Shown: in pieces, positions 62,261-64,000 of the stretch | Numbering within the stretch: position 1 is the first letter of the stretch | Layout: every line of letters begins with the position of its first letter | DNA from: Octopus bimaculoides | Taxonomy: Eukaryota | Assembly: GCF_001194135.2 (NCBI RefSeq) | Contig: NC_069001.1 | Location: forward strand, 19,952,552 to 20,016,551 | Direction of reading: 5' to 3' | Length of the DNA stretch: 64,000 bases | Notes under the pieces: generated by a model | What the model saw: the letters and a program-made list of their open reading frames with translations, nothing else | Database searches by the model: none | Told to the model about the DNA's origin: nothing | Program-made: the position numbers and the translations under genes

Positions 62261-62717
62261 TCGGTAATGTCGGTAATGTTTCTGTGAAGTAATGGTCACT
62301 AGGCAAAGCGCATTGCTTTATTTCAGATGTTCAAAATAGTGCTTGAATTCTTCTGTTAAAACGCCATGTATACTTCTGCCGGTTGTCTTTTCTTTATCTC
62401 TTTTTCCTTCTCTCTCTCTCTCTCTCTCTCTGTCTACACCCTCATTCTACCTGTCTACCTGTCCTCTCTCATTCTGCTTTTTATTTTTCTCTCTTTCTTT
62501 CTTCCTATTGTTTTGTCAAACATGACTCATAGCACATTTTCAATGTTCATTTAAGTTGCGCTTTGTTTCTGGTACTTTTTTTGTTGTTTTCTTAAAAGAA
62601 CTTTCATTTATTTATATTTTTAATGTTTATTTTCCTTGGGTGAATAATTTAACAGCAAAGGTTTACTAACTGCTCATCTGGCCAATTCATTGTTTTTGTG
62701 GTTTTTTTTATTAGTAT

Positions 62718-62772
<55 letters not shown>

Positions 62773-62842
62773 ATATATATATATATATTCTTCTACTATT
62801 TTTGTCTGGCTTTGAGGACAGATTACTGGGTAATTTACTTAC

Positions 62843-62918
62843 CAGCAACAGCAGGCCACTCACCAGTCAAGAAATTTTTGTTTTTGTCCTTTTCCTCCAG
62901 TTTATTCATGTTTGACAT
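62843..62918 (-). CDS. Candidate first coding exon (MSNMNKLEEKDKNKNFLTGEWPAVA)
   Basis: ATG at 62918 and 62909; in-phase donors actg|gtgagt (62864) and gctg|gtaagt (62843); non-repeat sequence. Confidence 0.3.
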
Positions 62919-63519
62919 TGAAAATTCCTCCTCCACCTACCTTACCCCCAGCTCAACAGTTTGGTAATTAGCACTCCCAGGATCTAATTTTGACTTGAAA
63001 CGAGGTTGGTCAGAGTACCCCTCTCACTTTCCTGCTGACAGACAATGATTCTAATTACAAACAAATCAACTCCTACCAGATTGCTGACATCAGTTGTCTC
63101 TCAGTTGTTGACCATGTCTGCGTAGGTAACATTTCATTTTAAGTCTGTAGAAAACTGGAGAACGCCAGGCTAAATGCCCTTTAGTATTTTGTTATGTCCT
63201 TCTTTGTTCAAAGTTCATATGAAGTTGGGTTCAATTTTTCTGCTGTATCATCTTTTTACAGTTATTAAAGTAAGTACTATTTATGTATTTGGAGGTTAAT
63301 GCTTTTGATTCACTTCTACAAAGACTGGCCCAAAGAATAATATAATTCGAGGCATATAGTTATAAGATTTTGTTCATGATTAAATAATAGGCTAAACGTT
63401 GTGGTCAGTGTGATGTTCACAAACAGGCATATTGACAGACAGTGACTGCTATTAAGGCGGGTGAATGATGGAAGGAGGGAAACTAATTCAATGAAATTAT
63501 TCTTTTTATCTTGTGCACA

Positions 63520-63736
63520 TTCTTCTTTTCTTCTTCGTTTACACATTCCAGTCATTTGACTGTGGCTATACTGGAGCACTGCCTTAAAGGGTTTTAGTAA
63601 AAGAAATTGACACCGGGACGTATACTTTGTAAGCTTAGTACTTATTCTATTGGTCTCTTTTGCTGAACCACTAAGTTACAGAGACATAAACACACCACCA
63701 TCAGTGGTCAAGCAATAGTGGGGGGACAGACACAAA

Positions 63737-63810
<74 letters not shown>
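63520..63810 (-). mobile_element. SINE family 1 3' half ending in long (CA)n
   Basis: cagtcatttgactgtggctatactggagcactgcc..gtcaagcaatagtgggggacagacac. Confidence 0.85.
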
Positions 63811-63812
<2 letters not shown>

Positions 63813-64000
63813 TAGATAGATAGATATAACTCATACAGGCAAAGCCTATCTCTATATAATGAAGTTGTTTGCTAGGAAAAAACTTTTTATATTTTGTAAG
63901 ATTTTATCATAAAAATTTGGGAAGCCTCTAAGCAAGTTGAACATGGAAGGAAGAACCACAGTTAAGAAAACTGAAATCTGCAACATCATGAAGTACAGTT

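Overview
Repeat-dominated, AT-rich animal genomic DNA. The SINE/LINE/MITE families look like those of Octopus (inference, not a database result). The draft assembly has eight N-gaps. No long intact ORF, rRNA, true tRNA gene or CRISPR array is present. Most of the window is decayed mobile DNA: several RTE-clade LINE subfamilies, two APE-type LINE fragments, a HERO-like non-LTR fragment, mariner, DD37D (maT) and DD36E Tc1-like transposons, several tRNA-derived SINE families and a piggyBac-type TTAA MITE. Short candidate exons with good splice sites (about 24.5-49.2 kb, + strand) may belong to an unidentified host gene, and a possible start exon lies on the - strand near 62.9 kb. The most notable element is a type-I hammerhead ribozyme on the - strand (26843-26976). 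Its catalytic core fully matches consensus, its stem II is an unusual 100-nt branched domain, and it sits in a 167-bp unit flanked by 14-bp direct repeats, which suggests a retrozyme/Penelope-like element. A decayed minimal hammerhead lies at 52791-52826. Repeat boundaries are read by eye and are approximate unless junction sequences are quoted.
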